Shown in pieces: positions 63,421 through 64,000 of a DNA stretch of 64,000 bases. Source of the stretch: Azolla caroliniana (lineage: Eukaryota; Plantae; Polypodiophyta). A model generated the notes under the pieces. It did no database searches. It had not been told where the DNA came from and saw only the letters and a program-made list of their open reading frames with translations. Location of the stretch: NCBI GenBank assembly GCA_043228905.1, contig JBHGNT010000006.1, forward strand, positions 1,178,001 through 1,242,000, given 5' to 3'. The stretch's first letter is position 1. Each line of letters begins with the position of its first letter. The position numbers were made by a program, and so were the translations under genes.

Positions 63421-64000
63421 TCTAGAAATGCTATGAAGATGATTCTTTCCGACTTCTTCATCTCCTACATACTTAGGCTTAAGTCTTCCTTTTAGTTCTC
63501 TCTCTCGTAGTCACTTTTGTATCAAGGTAATCATTAATACAGAGAGGTTTCTTTGATTCCTCTTGTGCGATTAATACAAACTTTTAAGTCATCAAAGAGT
63601 GATTAAGGCAATTGTAGTCAAATGATTATCGATCTTAATCTTTCGAGTTTGTTTATAAGTGTAAGGTTGATTTCATAATGCCCATTACCAACGTAGCAAC
63701 TCGAAGCCAAGAAGAATCTGGCAACCTCCTCTTTGCATATTGCATAAGGAACAACTCTCAATACAACCACAACAAGGAGAACTAAATTTGATCGAGTAAA
63801 GATGAATTACAAAAAAAACTTGAAAATGCTTAGAAATAAATCATTTCAATGTCATAAAGCCCCACTATCTATAGGTCTAAAACTGTAACCATGTAATGTA
63901 TAATAACTCTTTTTGAAGGTTATGATGATTGGCAACGTTTGTAACTTTAATAAATATGACTCCTTGCAATTCTTGCTACTATTGAATAACATAGGCCCAC

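Overview
Eukaryotic, intron-rich plant genomic DNA, most likely from a seed-free plant with flagellated sperm (fern- or lycophyte-like; inferred from a kinesin-II KAP gene and from the transposon types). Bases 1-12.9 kb are a four-level nest of LTR retrotransposons: a Ty3/gypsy with no visible ORF disruption, inside a Ty1/copia, inside a second copia, inside a third copia. The third copia also carries a solo LTR and a chromovirus-derived element with inverted ends. The nest sits 32 bp upstream of two tandem degenerate tRNA-Leu(CAA) genes. A 5'-truncated L1 LINE follows (13.3-18.4 kb), then a region of decayed transposons (MULE, chromovirus, L1 fragment, hAT; 19-36 kb). Four host genes follow: a PAR1-domain/Pro-Tyr-rich chimera with a 2-bp frameshift (+), the chloroplast E3 ligase SP1 (-), a kinesin-associated protein KAP/FLA3 (-) and a MYB-CC PHL-type transcription factor (-). 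The most interesting signals are a complete -1 frameshift cassette (GGAUUUU plus H-type pseudoknot) in the gypsy element, a recurrent U3-TATA-inverted-U5 architecture in chromovirus remnants, antisense tRNA-like A/B boxes inside LTRs, and a TAATG stop-start overlap in the LINE. All family assignments are from motif recognition by eye; no database searches were run.
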